DNA from: Mobula hypostoma
Taxonomy: Eukaryota
Assembly (NCBI RefSeq): GCF_963921235.1
Contig: NC_086105.1
Span: forward strand, 55,862,001-55,926,000
Reading direction: 5' to 3'
Length of the DNA: 64,000 nucleotides
A program made the position numbers and the translations under genes. Numbering within the stretch: the stretch's first letter is position 1; each line of letters starts with the position of its first letter. Below the pieces are notes generated by a model that had not been told where the DNA came from, did no database searches, and saw only the letters and a program-made list of their open reading frames with translations. Positions 38,701-51,562 of this stretch are shown here, in pieces.

Positions 38701-39270
38701 AACCCCCATGTGCAAAAAAAAACAAAAATTGTGCAAATGGCAGCAAAAAAAGAATGAGCCAAAATAGAAAATCGAAAGCATTCATGTTCAGTTCAGCTCA
38801 GTGTTCATTCTCTGCAGACCGAAATAGCAGCAGAAAAAAGGAGTGACCGGAAATATATCATAATGTGAACTAGTCATAGTAGTCATAGTCATAGTCATAC
38901 TCATACTCATACTTTATTGATCCACTAATGGCAGACCCAGAACTTGTGTTCCATCCTCCGACAGTTAAGATATATGCACTATGGTCTTGGATGAACAGGA
39001 ATGTATATAGATTGGACAAGGGAGATAACAAAACTAACATGTAAGAACAGTAGCAATTAAGGGCTGTTAGAAGAGTATTACAATAGAAGTGGAAGCAGAG
39101 GCATGGTTAAGGATTTCAGTTGGACATAAGATGAAACAAAGTCAAAATTAATGAAGTTATCGTGGAAGAAATAAAGGATCCTGCGAGGTGGAAGAGGCAG
39201 TGGTCAGGAGCCTATTTCTGGCTGAAGCAAACACAATCCTGTATCAAAATTGTGAATTGTCTGCTTGGCC
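29740..39270 (-). mobile_element. Ancient L2 LINE remnant hosting the minisatellite
   Basis: Collinear L2-like segments recognised from memory of chondrichthyan L2: ACACCAAGCTACATCAGGAGATA, GGAAGGGAATTTCAGAACTT, GCAAGAAGCTAGAACTGGA, then array, then TTTGAAAACAGGGTTGTTAATTTAAAAATAGAGGC, AGAGGCATGGTTAAGGATTTCAG. Confidence 0.55.
30221..38474 (+). repeat. 28-bp minisatellite, ~290 units, 8.25 kb
   Basis: Consensus ACTGCACTGCTGGAGGTGGTTTACAGTG in uninterrupted tandem; recurrent variants (CAGAG, CAAAG, CAACG, GCGGG, TTCAC, 31-bp +GGT). Confidence 0.99.
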
Positions 39271-39279
39271 TTTAGGGAA

Positions 39280-40905
39280 GTTCAAAGTAAATATTATTGA
39301 AGAACATATATGTCTCCATATGCAACCCTGAGATTCATTTTCTTGCATTATAATGGAATAATAATGATAACAGAATTGCTGAAAGACCACATCAACTTAG
39401 GCGTTGAACCTGTGTGCAAAAGAAAACAAACTGCAAATACATGAGAAAGAAATAATAATAAAAAATAAATAAGTAATAAATATCGAGAACATGAGATGAA
39501 GGATCCTTGAAAGTGAGTCCAGAGGTTGTGGGAACATTTCAATAATGGGGAAAGTGAAGTTATCCCCACTGGTTCAAGAGCCAGATGGTTGAGGGTAATA
39601 ACTGTTTCTGACCCTGGTGCTGTGAGTCTTCAGGCTCCTGTACCTTCTTCCCGAAGGCAGCGGTGAGAAGAGAACATGACCTGGGTGGTGGGGATCCCTG
39701 ATGAGGGATGCTGCCTTCCTATGATAACACTTCGTGTAGATGTGCTCAATGGGCGGGAGGGCTTTACCTGGGATGGACTAGGCCATATCAAAGGCATTGT
39801 TGTTTTCATACCAGGCCATGAAGCAGCCAGTCAATTTACTCTCCATCACACATATGTAGAAGTTTGTTGAAGTTTTAAATGTCGTGCTAAATCTCCCCAA
39901 GCTCCTAAGGAAATAGAGTTGCTGCCATGCTCTCTTTGTAATTGAAGGAGGAGCTTCGGAGAATTAATGGCACCTAACGGCGACTCCTTTGCTCGCATCT
40001 TCAGAAACAGCTCTATTTCTCTATTTAATATCTCTATTTTTCCCTTTTCAGGGTTGTTTTGAAGACCCTGATCTGGAGTTATACGCTGACTACGGTTCTT
40101 TGTGAGAATGGAACCCACTCTCGGGGTTTCACGACTGGCCATTATTTGGCACGCCAAGGACGCAGCCTAAGAGCTTTATTCGCCTTCGGAGGTCCCAGAT
40201 TTCGTGGCTCTGGAGACGGTGGGGGCGGAGGGGGATCGGCGTTTGGTGTCTGGGCAGGAGATCGTTGTGTCTTTGGAGTCGAAAGATCTAAGGTTGTGTG
40301 CCCAGAGACCTGAGATCTTTGGGCACAGAGCTCGGAAAAAGCAACAGACTTTTAACATCGTAAACCAATGAGTTATTTGTTATGTCTCCCCTGTCGCTGT
40401 GAAATGGAGACACCTTCTTCTCCCTTGTTAGAGCCTGTGGTATGTGGAGTACTGAGTGAACGAGTAGTCTATGGAGTACTGCAAGTCTGTGTCTTTGCTG
40501 CATGCTTGAGTGCTCGGTGGTGGGTGCTGATGGTTTTTTTTACTGATGGGAGGAGGGAGGGTCGTTGCTTGCTCCCACTTACGTGCGGGGTGGGGGGGAG
40601 CGAGAGCCGGGAGGGACTTTAGGGTTCTAACATTTATCTGTCATTCATTCTTTGAGGGCACTCCTCTTTTGTGGATGGTTGCAAAGAAAAAGCATTTCAG
40701 GAGGTATATTGTATACACTTCTCTGACATTAAATGTACCTTTGAAGCTTAATTGCAGTTACATGCTGGGCCCAGGACAGATCCTCTGAAATGATAACACT
40801 GAGGAAAGTTAAAGATGCTGACTCTCTTCAGTCCTGATGAGGACTGGCTCATGGACCTCTGGTTTCCTCCTCCTGAAGTCAATGATCAGCTCCTTGTTCT
40901 GGCTG
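39280..40905 (-). mobile_element. Older Rex1/Babar-like LINE fragment split by 39945-40748
   Basis: Reverse of KAASL.RDPHHPG...EGRRYRSLK text at 39.62-39.72 kb; sequence resumes after 40749. Confidence 0.65.
39945..40748 (+). mobile_element. Apparently complete non-autonomous retroelement (804 bp)
   Basis: TAATTG duplication at 39939-39944 and 40749-40754; ATGGCACC head, CpG-rich body, GACATTAAATGTACCTTTGAA 3' end. Confidence 0.75.
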
Positions 40906-41597
40906 AGTATACAACCCTGAGATTTGTCTTCCCCACAGACAACCATGAAACAAAGAAAACCATGGAACCCGTTCAAAGAAAAACATCAAACCCCCACGTG
41001 CAAAAAAACAGATCGCACAATGGGCAACAAGAACCCCCACCCCCCCATGTGTGAAAAACAAATCGCGCAAACATCAGCAAGAAAGAACGTGGAAAAACAC
41101 TGAATACAAAATCAAGAGTCCAATTGAACTACAGTCCAATCCACAAGCTGCAGACCCACAACTTTGGCACCATCCTCCGACAGCATCGAGGGAGAGAGAC
41201 AATTCGAACACAGGGACCTTCCCTCGGGATCAGTGAGGGAGAGAGAGACGGTCGCACGCAGACACCTTCCTCCTGCAGCAGTGAGTGAGAAGCTGGTAGA
41301 CGGCACTAAGCACTCGCTCACCTTCCGCACTGGCTTTGATGTTTTCATCTTCCTCGAAGCTTTGATCAGCGAGGGCTGGAGTCGATCATTGGCTTGCGTT
41401 CCATCTCTAAGCTGCTTGGCCTTGAGACAGCAAAGTACCAGGTTGCTCAATCAGCATGAAAACATATCTCAAACTGTAGATCACAGGCTCCAACAGTACC
41501 AGAACCAAAAGAAGATGTAAAAAGAAATGAAAGGAACGGTTTTGTGGACCATCTGGAAGATGTCACCTGAGGTAGCGTTGTTTGTTGGCGCCATCTT
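40905..41597 (-). mobile_element. Non-autonomous retroelement beginning with AAGATGGCGCC
   Basis: Head at 41597-41587; Rex-like 3' end ...AATCTCAGGGTTGTATA. Confidence 0.6.
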
Positions 41598-41599
41598 CA

Positions 41600-42045
41600 C
41601 CCTGCTGTAGGAAAGATGCCACTAAGCTGGAAAGTGTGCAGAAAAGATTTGCGAGGATGTTAGCAGAACTTGAGGAACTGAATTATAAAAACAGGTTCTG
41701 TAAGTTAGGACTTTATTGGTTGGAGTGTAGGAGAATCAGGGTTGATCTTGTGTATAAAATCATGAGGGGCATACTGTCTTTTTCCCAGGGTTGGGGAAAC
41801 AAAAACTGGAAGGCACAGGTTTAAGGCCAAACAGGGGAAACGTAATAAAAACCCGAGGGTACATATATGGACTGAACTGCCAGAGGAAATGGTCAAAGCA
41901 CATACAATAACAGCATTTAAAAGACAGTTGGACAGGTACATGGACAGGAAAGATTTGGAGAGACATGGGCTAAATGCAGGCAAATGCTCATCCTGGCCAG
42001 TATAGACTAGTTTAAACAAAGAACCTAGTTTCGATGCCATATGAG
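41600..42045 (+). mobile_element. Degraded CR1 3' fragment
   Basis: RKDATKLESVQKRFARML...YKIMRG. Confidence 0.75.
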
Positions 42046-44073
42046 TCTAATAAGATTGAATGTCAAAGAAAAATGGTCAGACCCCCTTGGAGGAAATGGT
42101 TGGAAGGTAAACTGCTGTAGAATATCCTATGCCAGTATCTAGAAATTTTTAAAAAAGCTGGAGATATGAACTAAAAGCAGAGATGTTTTTTGCTTAAAAT
42201 GCTAGGAACAATTTGTGTCTCTTGCTACAGGTACTGTCTGGCCTCCTTGGTTAATATTTCGGTTCTAGGGCTCTTCATCGGATCTGTGAAAACACGTTAA
42301 TTTTAAGTTGTCGAGAGAGTGGGAGTGTGGAATGAATCTAGCAAAAGGAATCCCTGATAGGTTGGGAGCTGGGTTACCAAAGCATTTCCAATAACTGCGG
42401 TGGTTTGGTCAATAGGTTAATGAGGACAGTTAGGGAAAACAAACCAAGGGACGTGCTAAAGGTATGAAAAGTTGACTGGAGATGTTGTTGAATGTGGATT
42501 TGAAAGGAGATGTGCTGGGAATGCCCATCAGATCAGACAGCATCCATGGAGGGAGAAAATTTAAGATTACATCACAAATGGATAATTTTACAGCAAACCT
42601 GGCCAGTTCTAATACAAACAGAAATTTCTGGATATTTGATAGAGGTCCAAGGGTTATAATGAAAGATGAGGTGATCCAACGAGGTCTAAGTTTATAGGGG
42701 AACAGTGCAGGAAGCCGCAGACAGAGAGTTGGAGTAGGAGTGGGATGAAGAATTAAAATGGCAGTGAACAGGAAGGTTAGGGTCCTCACTGCAGCCTGAA
42801 TGGAAACACTCTGCAATTAGTGTTTGGTTTCTTTAATGCTGAATATTGAAAAGTTATGGGCACTGAATACAGTACACTGAAATGGAAGAAGTGCAAATGA
42901 TACACTGCTTCACCTACAACAACTGTTTGTGTGCCTGATGGTGGAAAAAGAAGAGGGTGTTGAATCTCTGTGGTTGCAATGGGAAGTGCTGTGAGGAGAG
43001 TGGCTGGTAGACATAGAATAGTATACCAGGGGGTCACAGAGGGCATGTTCCAGAAGAAAATGGTGAAGTAATAGAAAGCAGAGAGGTTCCATAAATGGAT
43101 CTTTAAATGGCAAAATGTAATATGTGTGGTTAACAGAGACGGGCCTCAACTTGTTTATACAAATGGAGGCACTGAAGGTATGTTGGTTCTATTTGCTGAG
43201 GTGTCAAAGGTGGACAGGAAAGTAAGTCTTGTAGAGGGCATGAGAAGGCTACCTGGAAAATATAGATGAGCTAAGATCACAGCAAAGGCCAAGAAAGTGA
43301 AGAAATGTGATAAAGTGTGAATTTTCTTTCCTTTTGGAAAGTAAACATGAAGCCATGTTGTATAAACAGAGAGAGATTGCAGAGGGGTTTAAGTGTCCTA
43401 TCGTATGATTGGTTAAAGGCTGGTATGAAGTTAGGTCAGATAATTAGCAAATCTATGTTATTAGATGTAATGTTATTGCTTTTTACAAGGGGAACTGAAC
43501 ACAGAAGTAGGGAGGTTATGTCACAGTTATATATTAGGATTTATTTGATTACATCTGGAGTTTTGTGCAGAATCTTGGTTTCTTAATTAAAGGAAGGGTG
43601 TTCTTTCATTGGAAACAGTTCAGAAAAGTTTTACCTGATCATTCCTGGAATGCTCAGTGTTAGAGAGTCAGTCATACAGTAGAGAAACAGCCCTTCGGAC
43701 TACCCTGTCCAAGATGACCAACAATGAACTAGCCATACCAATCCTATTTGCCAGCACTTAGTAATGCAGAATAAAGAGTAAAAGCTATCAAAAAAATTAC
43801 AGTACAGGTGACAATAAAGTGGAAGATCATAGGGAAGTAGATTGTGAGGCCAACAGTCCTTATTGTACACAAGGTATGTTCACGAGTCTGATAGCAATGG
43901 GTTTGAAACTGTCCTTGCGCTTGGTGTAGGTACTTAGTGAATAGAGCTGAGAAGTATTCATTCAAAATCCCTCTATGTCCTCTACCTCCATACATAATCT
44001 CTTTTCTAAGGAGGGCAGCAGACACAGGGAGGGGGATTGCAGAGTTCTGGAACAAATGACCAAAATATCACTA

Positions 44074-44260
44074 ACAAGAGAAAATCTGCAGATGCTGGAG
44101 GAACTCAGTGTGCCAGGCAGCAACTATGGAAAAGATTTTGTTGTTTTTTTTCCCGCTTCATCACCCGTCCTGATGAAGGGTTTCAGCCTGAAATGTCGAC
44201 TCTACTCTTTTCCATAGATGCCGCCTGGCCTGCTGGGTTCCTTCAGCATTTTGTGTGTGT
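44074..44260. mobile_element. Penelope-derived inverted mini-element with hammerhead core
   Basis: Inverted arms GCTGGAGGAACTCAG...CTATGGAAAAGA / TCTTTTCCATAG...TTCCTTCAGC; GTC-CTGATGA-AGG-GTTTCAG-CCT-GAAA-TG-TC-GAC at 44167-44200. Confidence 0.8.
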
Positions 44261-44749
44261 TTATTGTATGGCTTGGTAGGGCTTGGAGGTGGATAAATCC
44301 CCAGGGCCTGATGATGTATCCCAGGTGTTTATAGAGGAAAGGGAAGAGAATGATGGGGTTTTGATAGAAATACAAAGCATCTCTGGCCACAGAAGAAGAT
44401 CCAGGAGACTGGAGAACAATGAATGTAGCACCTTTATTTAAGAAAGGCCAAAGAGAATAAACCAGGTTGTCTAGCCAGAAAGTTATTGGAAAAAAATCTG
44501 CATGGCAGGATTTCCTTGCACTTGGAGAGATAGGGATTGTTAAGGGATGGTTTTTATAAATGGTAGTCGTGGCTGACCATGTTAACTGAAGTTTGAAGAA
44601 ATGACTTCATACGTTGGTGAAGATAGCACCATTGGCATAGTCCACGCTGAGGTTAGTAAGGCTTTTGACAAGGATTCAATTTGGAGACTGGTTCAAAGGT
44701 CAAAAGCCTGTAAGATCCAGGGTAACTTGGAAACTTGGTTGTGAAATTT

Positions 44750-44950
44750 GGAAACAAAGTGCTGGAGGAACTCACTGGGTCATTGTGTAGGCAGAAGGAT
44801 AGTTAATGGTTTGGTTTGAATCTCAACATCAGGACAGGATCTGTCCTTGACCTGAAATGCTGACCACAGCTCTGCCTCCACAGATGCTGCATGGTTTCCT
44901 GGTTTCCTTCAGCAGTATTTTCCGCTCCAGGTTCCAGCAACTATAGTCAT
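44750..44950. mobile_element. Older Penelope-derived inverted mini-element
   Basis: Degenerate arms GCTGGAGGAACTCA...CATCAGGAC / GACCTGAAATGCTGAC...CAGATGCTGC...TTCCTTCAGC. Confidence 0.6.
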
Positions 44951-45491
44951 TTTTATCTCTGGATCTGAAATTAGCTTGGAGGTAGGAGGTAAGAGGCAAA
45001 GTGAGACAGTTGACTTTTTTCAATTGGAAGCCTGAGACTAGCAGAGTATTTCAGGGATTGGTGCTTGAACACTTATTGTTATGTAATTACCTGGATACCA
45101 ATTTAGGAGGTGTGATCAGTAAGTTTGCCGATGACACAAAGATGTTGATAGTCTTAAACAACAGAATTAATATTGATCAGTTAGAAAGATGGGCAGGGAA
45201 ATGCTAGAAGGAGCTTAATTCTAAAAAAGAGAGGTCATTCACTTTAGAACTACAATTGAGGCTAGGATGTACACATGATTAGTAGGATAATAGGAAATAC
45301 CAAGGAACAGAGGTATCATTTAAATATTGGTTAGGCTCAGATGACATACCGTGAGCAGTGCTGGTCACTACATTACAGGAAGAATGTAATTACTATGGGG
45401 GATGCAGCCTGAACAATGGTGTAAAGGTAAAACGATAATGTAACAACGTGTAAGTGTTTTTGACATTGTTAAAATATCACTGATTTAATTT

Positions 45492-45998
45492 ACACACATA
45501 AAAGTTGCTGGTGAATGCAGCAGGCCAGGCAGCATCTCTAGGAAGAGGGACAGTTGACGTTTCAGGCCGAGACCTTTCATCAGGACTAACTGAAAGAAGA
45601 GCTAGTAAGAGATTTGAAAGTGAGAGGGGGAGGGGGAGATCTGAAATGATAGGAGAAGACAGGAGGGGGAGGGATGGAGCCAAGAGCTGGACAGTTGATC
45701 GGCAAAAGGAATATGAGAGGATCATGGGACAGGAGGCCTAGAGAGAAAGAAAAGGGGGAGGGGGGGAAAACCCAGAGGATGGTCAAGGGGTGTAGTGTGG
45801 GGTACAGAGGGAGAAAAAGGAGAGAGAGAAAAAGAATGTGTGTATAAAAATAAATAATGGATGGGGTACGAGGGGGAGGTGGGGCATTAGCGGAAGTTTG
45901 AGAAGTCAATGTTCATGCCATCAGGCACCTGCTGTGTTCACCAGCAACTTTTATGTGTGTTGCTTGAAATTCCAGCATCTGCAGATTTCCTCGTGCTT
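45492..45998. mobile_element. Penelope-like insertion: long inverted pLTR arm plus short direct 3' end
   Basis: Exact 13-bp TSD ACTGATTTAATTT (45479-45491, 45999-46011); minus-strand hammerhead motif at ~45551-45592. Confidence 0.9.
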
Positions 45999-48900
45999 AC
46001 TGATTTAATTTGGTTACTTATGATCTAAAAGCATTATGTATCTGGAAAAAATGTTTCAGGTATATGTAGCTCTACATTTTCATTTGGGTTAATTCATCTC
46101 AACTCAAACCTGGCTGTTATTCTTGGATGAATTTGGGCTTAAATAACAAAACCAGATCCACTGATTAACGTAACTGTTACAAACTTCAGAATGCTAGCAA
46201 GACATTCAAAGGATGCTGGAAAATACAATTTTACTAGACCAACATATATAGACTCTACACAAATGTAAATTTACTCACAAACATTACTCAAAAGCATAAT
46301 GTTCTTTCCACTAGTAAATAACATTATGTTTCCTTAGATTCAAATACACTCTTCAACAAATCAAATTAATTATTTTTTGCATTTGGTACCAAAAACCATA
46401 CACGGGCCAAACTTCATTACTAGAGCTATCAGTAGTGAGAACTAGATTAATGATATCCTGGGAATTTCCTTGAAATGGCAAAGTTAACATACTTTTACAT
46501 CTAGACAGGCAACGATCAACAAATGGCCTTATGAGTTCAAAGTTCGAAGTAAATTTATTATCAAAATATGTATGTTACTACCTTGAGATTCATTTTCTTG
46601 CAGACATTTACAGGTAAAAATCAATACAATAGAATTCTATGAAAAACTATACAAAGACTGACAAATGACCAACGTACAAAAGAAGTCAAACTGTCCAAAT
46701 AAAAATAATACTGAGAACATAGGTAGTAAAGAGTCCTTGAAAGTGAGTCTGTAGGTTAAAGAATCAGATCAGAGTAGTGGTGAATGAAGTTATCCATGTT
46801 GGTTCAGGAGCTTGGTTGTAGTGTTCCTGAACATGATGGTATGGGATCTAAGGCTTCTGTACCTCCTGCCTGATGGTAGTCGGAAGAAGAGAGCGTGGCC
46901 TGGATGGCGGGGACTGATGCTGCTTTCTTGTGGCAGAGTTCCATGTACTGTTAATGTACTCAATAATGGATTAATTAAATTTTACCACTTCATTCCTGTT
47001 GAGTGTATCCATAACTGATCAGAACTAAACATCCTTCTGGTAAGAAGATGCATTTGTAAATATTTTATCACACTTTTAGAGCTTTCCTGACCCCACATCA
47101 GGGAAAACCAACAAGACATCAAATGTAGTCAAGCAAACTAACCTGACAATGCAGAAACCCCAGTGGAAGCATTTATCAGGTGGCACCAAAACGTAAAGTA
47201 GACAAGTGGCTGGTTTGCTGGCTCTTAGTGTAGGATGTGATGTCTGGCAGATGAGCCCTGTTGCTGTGCATTGCACTGGGGAATCTGCATCACTGATTTA
47301 TATCAGTCGGACTTAGCGTGGCTCAGACCTCCCAATGATCTGGGCAGAAATAACTAGCCTTTAGCTTAGGAGTAAAATATTGGTTCATTTCAATTTTATT
47401 TAATTTTCTTAGTATTTTAATAAGATTATTTAATTATAGATTTTTTTTTTAGATGTCTCTGAATACAACTGGCAATAACCAGTCAAACTGCAGTTTATTC
47501 ACCACTGAAGCTTAGTTGTGCGTCACTGGAGTAATCCTGGGCCAGCTTGATTCACCCTTTGCACCTAGCCCAAGCAAGTAGGACTGAGTAAGCAGTGTCC
47601 AAGCAACAGACCATTTCAGCTTGATTCTGCCCCAGAAAAACAAGCAACCACTTCCTTATTCTGGATATTAAGGATGCCCATCTCCTGGGAGACAGCTCCA
47701 CAATCAGGAGAATAGAAGTTGATGTCGATCTTTTGCAGTTCCATCAAAGTAATTCCAAACGCAAAGTAGGCAGCATGCAAGCACGCCTTAACATTCAGTC
47801 AAACTAGGTGAAACCTCCCTTGAACACCGATCAAAAAGATGACAAGGTGAGTATCATGATAATTAAGAGGGAGTGGAAAAAAACAAACCAATAGAAAATT
47901 CCTCAAAATTATAAAAAGTTGACTTGTACTCAAGGCACTGGACCGAATGAAGAAGGCTTCCTACCTTCATTTGCCTATCACCCCTCTTTACATGGATCCA
48001 TCCCACCCCTGCATCTTTTTAATTGTGTATCTATCCATGCACGACTGGTCTTGACCTGAAGCGCCGACTATTCACTTCTGTCTTAGAGTTGCTGCCTGAC
48101 CTGCCGAGTTCCCCCAGCCTCTTGTTTTTTTTTAAAAAAATGCTTTACATCATAGCATCTGCATCTGCAGTCAATTGGACCTATTTGTGCTCACCTTTGC
48201 CTATTTGTCGCATTAAGGATTGTTGGGTATTAGATACTGGGATATCTGGTTTTCTCCTCCACACTGGGCTCATCATGAAGTGTTGAAAAGAGGGGCACCG
48301 AGGCTGGCCCCTCCCCACTGGTATGTCATTCAGGATGGGCAAATCAGCAAGTGCACTTCTCTTGCAAAGGCTCATTCTGGAAGAAGTAAAATGATTGTAT
48401 TTTTATACTTCATGTGGGTTGATATTTTAATTCATTTATTTGAGTGTAATCACATTTTAACTTAACCATTTATTTGAAGTAGTTACATATTTTTAGGAGT
48501 TTTTAAAGCATCTCTACCAGAGAATTTTACAAAAACTTGCAAGCTTATCGGTGTCAAAGACTTTTCAAGGCCATAAGGACAATCAGGGGTTCATTGCAAC
48601 GCACTAGTTGAGGTTGCCTCACTTCTCTGAACCTGCCTCTTGGGTTCAGAAGGTCAGTTTCTTCCTCCTTTGCATCCCAGAACATGAGGCTTGAGGGTCA
48701 GAGGGGATAGGGGCATGGAGAAGAACTCCATTGTCATTGTGTCTGGGCAGTAGACAATATTCAAGTTTGGATGAATAAAAGGAGTAATCTTGAAAGACAG
48801 TCACTGTAGACCCAAAGTTCACAAGCTGTGAAAAGAATATTAATTTTGTGTGTTTTTAATTAATGTATAGGAATCCTTTTTGGCTTCTACATATTTGACT

Positions 48901-49404
48901 GCTGTGTGAGGAGCACTGATTTGTTGATCACACATCATTCTACAGAACAATTTGCATTAGTTTTGACAGAGATTTTTGTTTTTAAATAGCATTCACAGTG
49001 TGGAAGAGCTGACAGTTTACTTGCTGAATTACATAATAAATCAGAGATTTTGCCCAGAGCAAAATGGCAGCTGGCAATTCAGAGATATGACTTAAATAAT
49101 AATTCAGTGCTTCTATTCAGAAGTCTGTTCTCCACAGAAATGAAACTAAATATATGTATAATGGTTTAAAATGCAGTACGAAACAGGCTGTCAAATCAGA
49201 TTTACAAATGCCAATATGTCACTGCGTGAACAAATAGTAAAACCTTTTTTATTAATTTATGGTAACATAAAAACATTACTGGCAACTAAATATTGCACTA
49301 GAAAACTGGTCAGAATTGATGGGAAAATGAATGCTGCTCAATATAAAGAGACCTTGGATAAAAACTCTGGGATAGCCTCTGCCAGAAAGTGTAAATTGGA
49401 AATG

Positions 49405-50377
49405 CCCAGAGCATCCACACTCACCCCATCTTCCCACCACATTAACCGTGATAGAGTTCCTCTTGTCCTTACCTACCACCCCATGAGCCTCTACATCCAA
49501 CACATCATTCTCCGCAGCTTCCACCATCTCCAAAGGGATCCTACCATTAAACATATCTTCACCTCCCTCCCCACTCTGCTTTCCACGAGGACTGCTCCCT
49601 CCACGATTCCCTTGACCATTTCTTCCTTCCTGCTAATCTCTCTCCCGGCACTTATCCCTGAAAGCAGCCTAAGCATTACACCTGCCCATTCACTTCCACC
49701 CTCACCTTCATTCAGGGCCCCAAACAGTCCCTTGAGGTGAGGCAACACTTGGCCTGCAAGTCTGCTGGGATCATCTGTTGTGTCTGGTGTTCTCAGTACA
49801 GCCTCCTCTACATTGGTGAGACCCAACATACATTGGGGGACCACAGTGTTGAGCACCTTTGCTCCATCCACCAAAAGTGGAACTTCCCGGTAGCCAAACA
49901 TCTTAATTCTGATTCCCATTCTGGCACGTCGGTCCATAGCCTCCTCTTGTGCCAAGCTGAGGCCATGCTCAGGGTGGAGGAGCAACACCTTCTGTCTGGG
50001 TAGTCTCCAACCTGATGGCATGAATATCAATTTCTCCTTCTGGTAAAAAAAGAATTCCACCTCCCCCTTCCCTCTTCTATTACACACTCTTGCCTCTTGC
50101 CTTTTCTTATCTGCCTTTCACCTCCCCCCTGGGTCGTCTTCTTCCCTTTCCCCTATGGTCCACTCTTTTCTCCTATTAGATCCCTTCTTCTCCTGCTGCT
50201 TACCTTTCCAGCCCACCCGGCTTCACCTATCACTTTCTAGCTATCCTCCTTCCCCTTCCCCCACCATTTTGTTCTGGCATCTTCCCACTTCTTTTCCAGT
50301 CCTGAAGAAGTGTCTCGGCCCAAAACATCGACTTATTTATTTCCATATATGCTGCCTGAACTGCTGAGTTCCTCCAG
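49405..50377 (+). mobile_element. Penelope-like element 3' part (GIY-YIG endonuclease remnant and pLTR)
   Basis: RVPLVLTYHP; GIICCVWCSQYSLLYIGET...EHL; pLTR with AGTCCTGAAGAAG...CCCAAAACATCGACT. Confidence 0.85.
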
Positions 50378-51082
50378 GCGGACAATGGCCCAAAGCGCAC
50401 CGCCAGAGCAACCGTGGAGTGGCTTCAAATGAAGAAAATTGATGTTCTTGAGTGGCCCAGTCAGAGTCCTGACCTTAACCTGATCAAACATCTCTGTCAA
50501 GGTCTCAAGATTGCTGTCCACCACTGCTCTCCAACTAACCTGATATAGCTCGAGTAATTTAGCCAGGAGGAATGGGCAAATTTTGCACTATCTTGTGCAA
50601 AGCTAATGGAGACTTGTCCAAGAAGACTACTGGCTGTAAAAGCTGCGCGAGGTGGTTCAACTCAGTACTGAGCAAAAGGGGATGAATACTTTTGAACTGC
50701 TAACATTTCAATTTTTGAATTTTTTAGTTTGTTATAGAAACATAGAAAACATTCAGCTCAATACAGGCCCTTCAGCCCACAAAGCTGTGCTGAACATGTC
50801 CCTACCTTAGAACTACCTGGGCTTTACCCATAGCCCTGTATTTTTCTAAGTTCCATGTAGCCATCCAGGAGTCTCTTAAAAGACCCCATCGCTTCTGCCG
50901 CCGCCACCGCCGTCGGCAGCCCATTCCACGCACTCACCACTCTCTGCGTAAAATACTTACCCCTGCCATCTCCTCTGTACCTGCTTCCAAGCACCTTAAA
51001 ACTATGCACTCTCGTGCTAGCCAATTCAGCCCTGGGGAAAAGTCTCTGACTATCCACATGATCAATGCCTCTCATTATATAT

Positions 51083-51300
51083 AGCTGTGTGGAACGAGCT
51101 TCCAACAGAAGTGGTTGAGGCAGGTTCGGTGTTGTCATTTAAAGCTAAATTGGATAGCTGTATGGACAGGAAAGGAATGGAGGGTTATGGGCTGAGTGCA
51201 GGTTGGTGGGACTAGGTGAGAGTAAGAATTCGGCACGGACTAGAAGGGCCGAGATGGCCTGTTTCCTTGCTGTAATTGTTATATGTTTTTTATATATATA
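51083..51300 (+). mobile_element. CR1 3' tail inserted antisense in the CR1 above
   Basis: WNELPTEVVEAGS...FKAKLDSCMD followed by CR1 3' UTR. Confidence 0.8.
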
Positions 51301-51350
51301 ATCTCCCTATAATCTCGTACATCTCTATCAGGTCACTTCTCATCCTCTGT

Positions 51351-51562
51351 CAAAGTTGCTAGTGAACGCAGCAGGCCAGGCAGCATCTCTAGGAAGAGGT
51401 ACATTCAACGTTTCGGGCTGAGACCCTTTGTCAGGACGAAGGGTCTCGGCCCGAAATGTCGACTGTACCTCTTCCTAGAGATGCTGCCTGGCCTGCTGCG
51501 TTCACCAGCAACTTTGAAATGTGGTGCTTGAATTCGCAGCATCTGCAGAATTCCTCGTGTTT
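51351..51562. mobile_element. Penelope-derived fold-back insertion (82-bp inverted arms)
   Basis: Arms 51351-51432 and 51435-51516, 2-nt loop; 16-bp TSD ACTTCTCATCCTCTGT (51335-51350) / ACCTCTCATCCTCCGT (51563-51578). Confidence 0.92.

Noticed and set aside
47600-47852. Plus-strand exon ending AAG|GTGAGT
   Set aside because: No recognisable peptide or partner exons; a lone donor motif is insufficient.
49171-49740. 189-aa ORF as a novel fusion protein
   Set aside because: Unique DNA plus Tc1 fragment plus frameshifted Penelope fragment; no intact domain.
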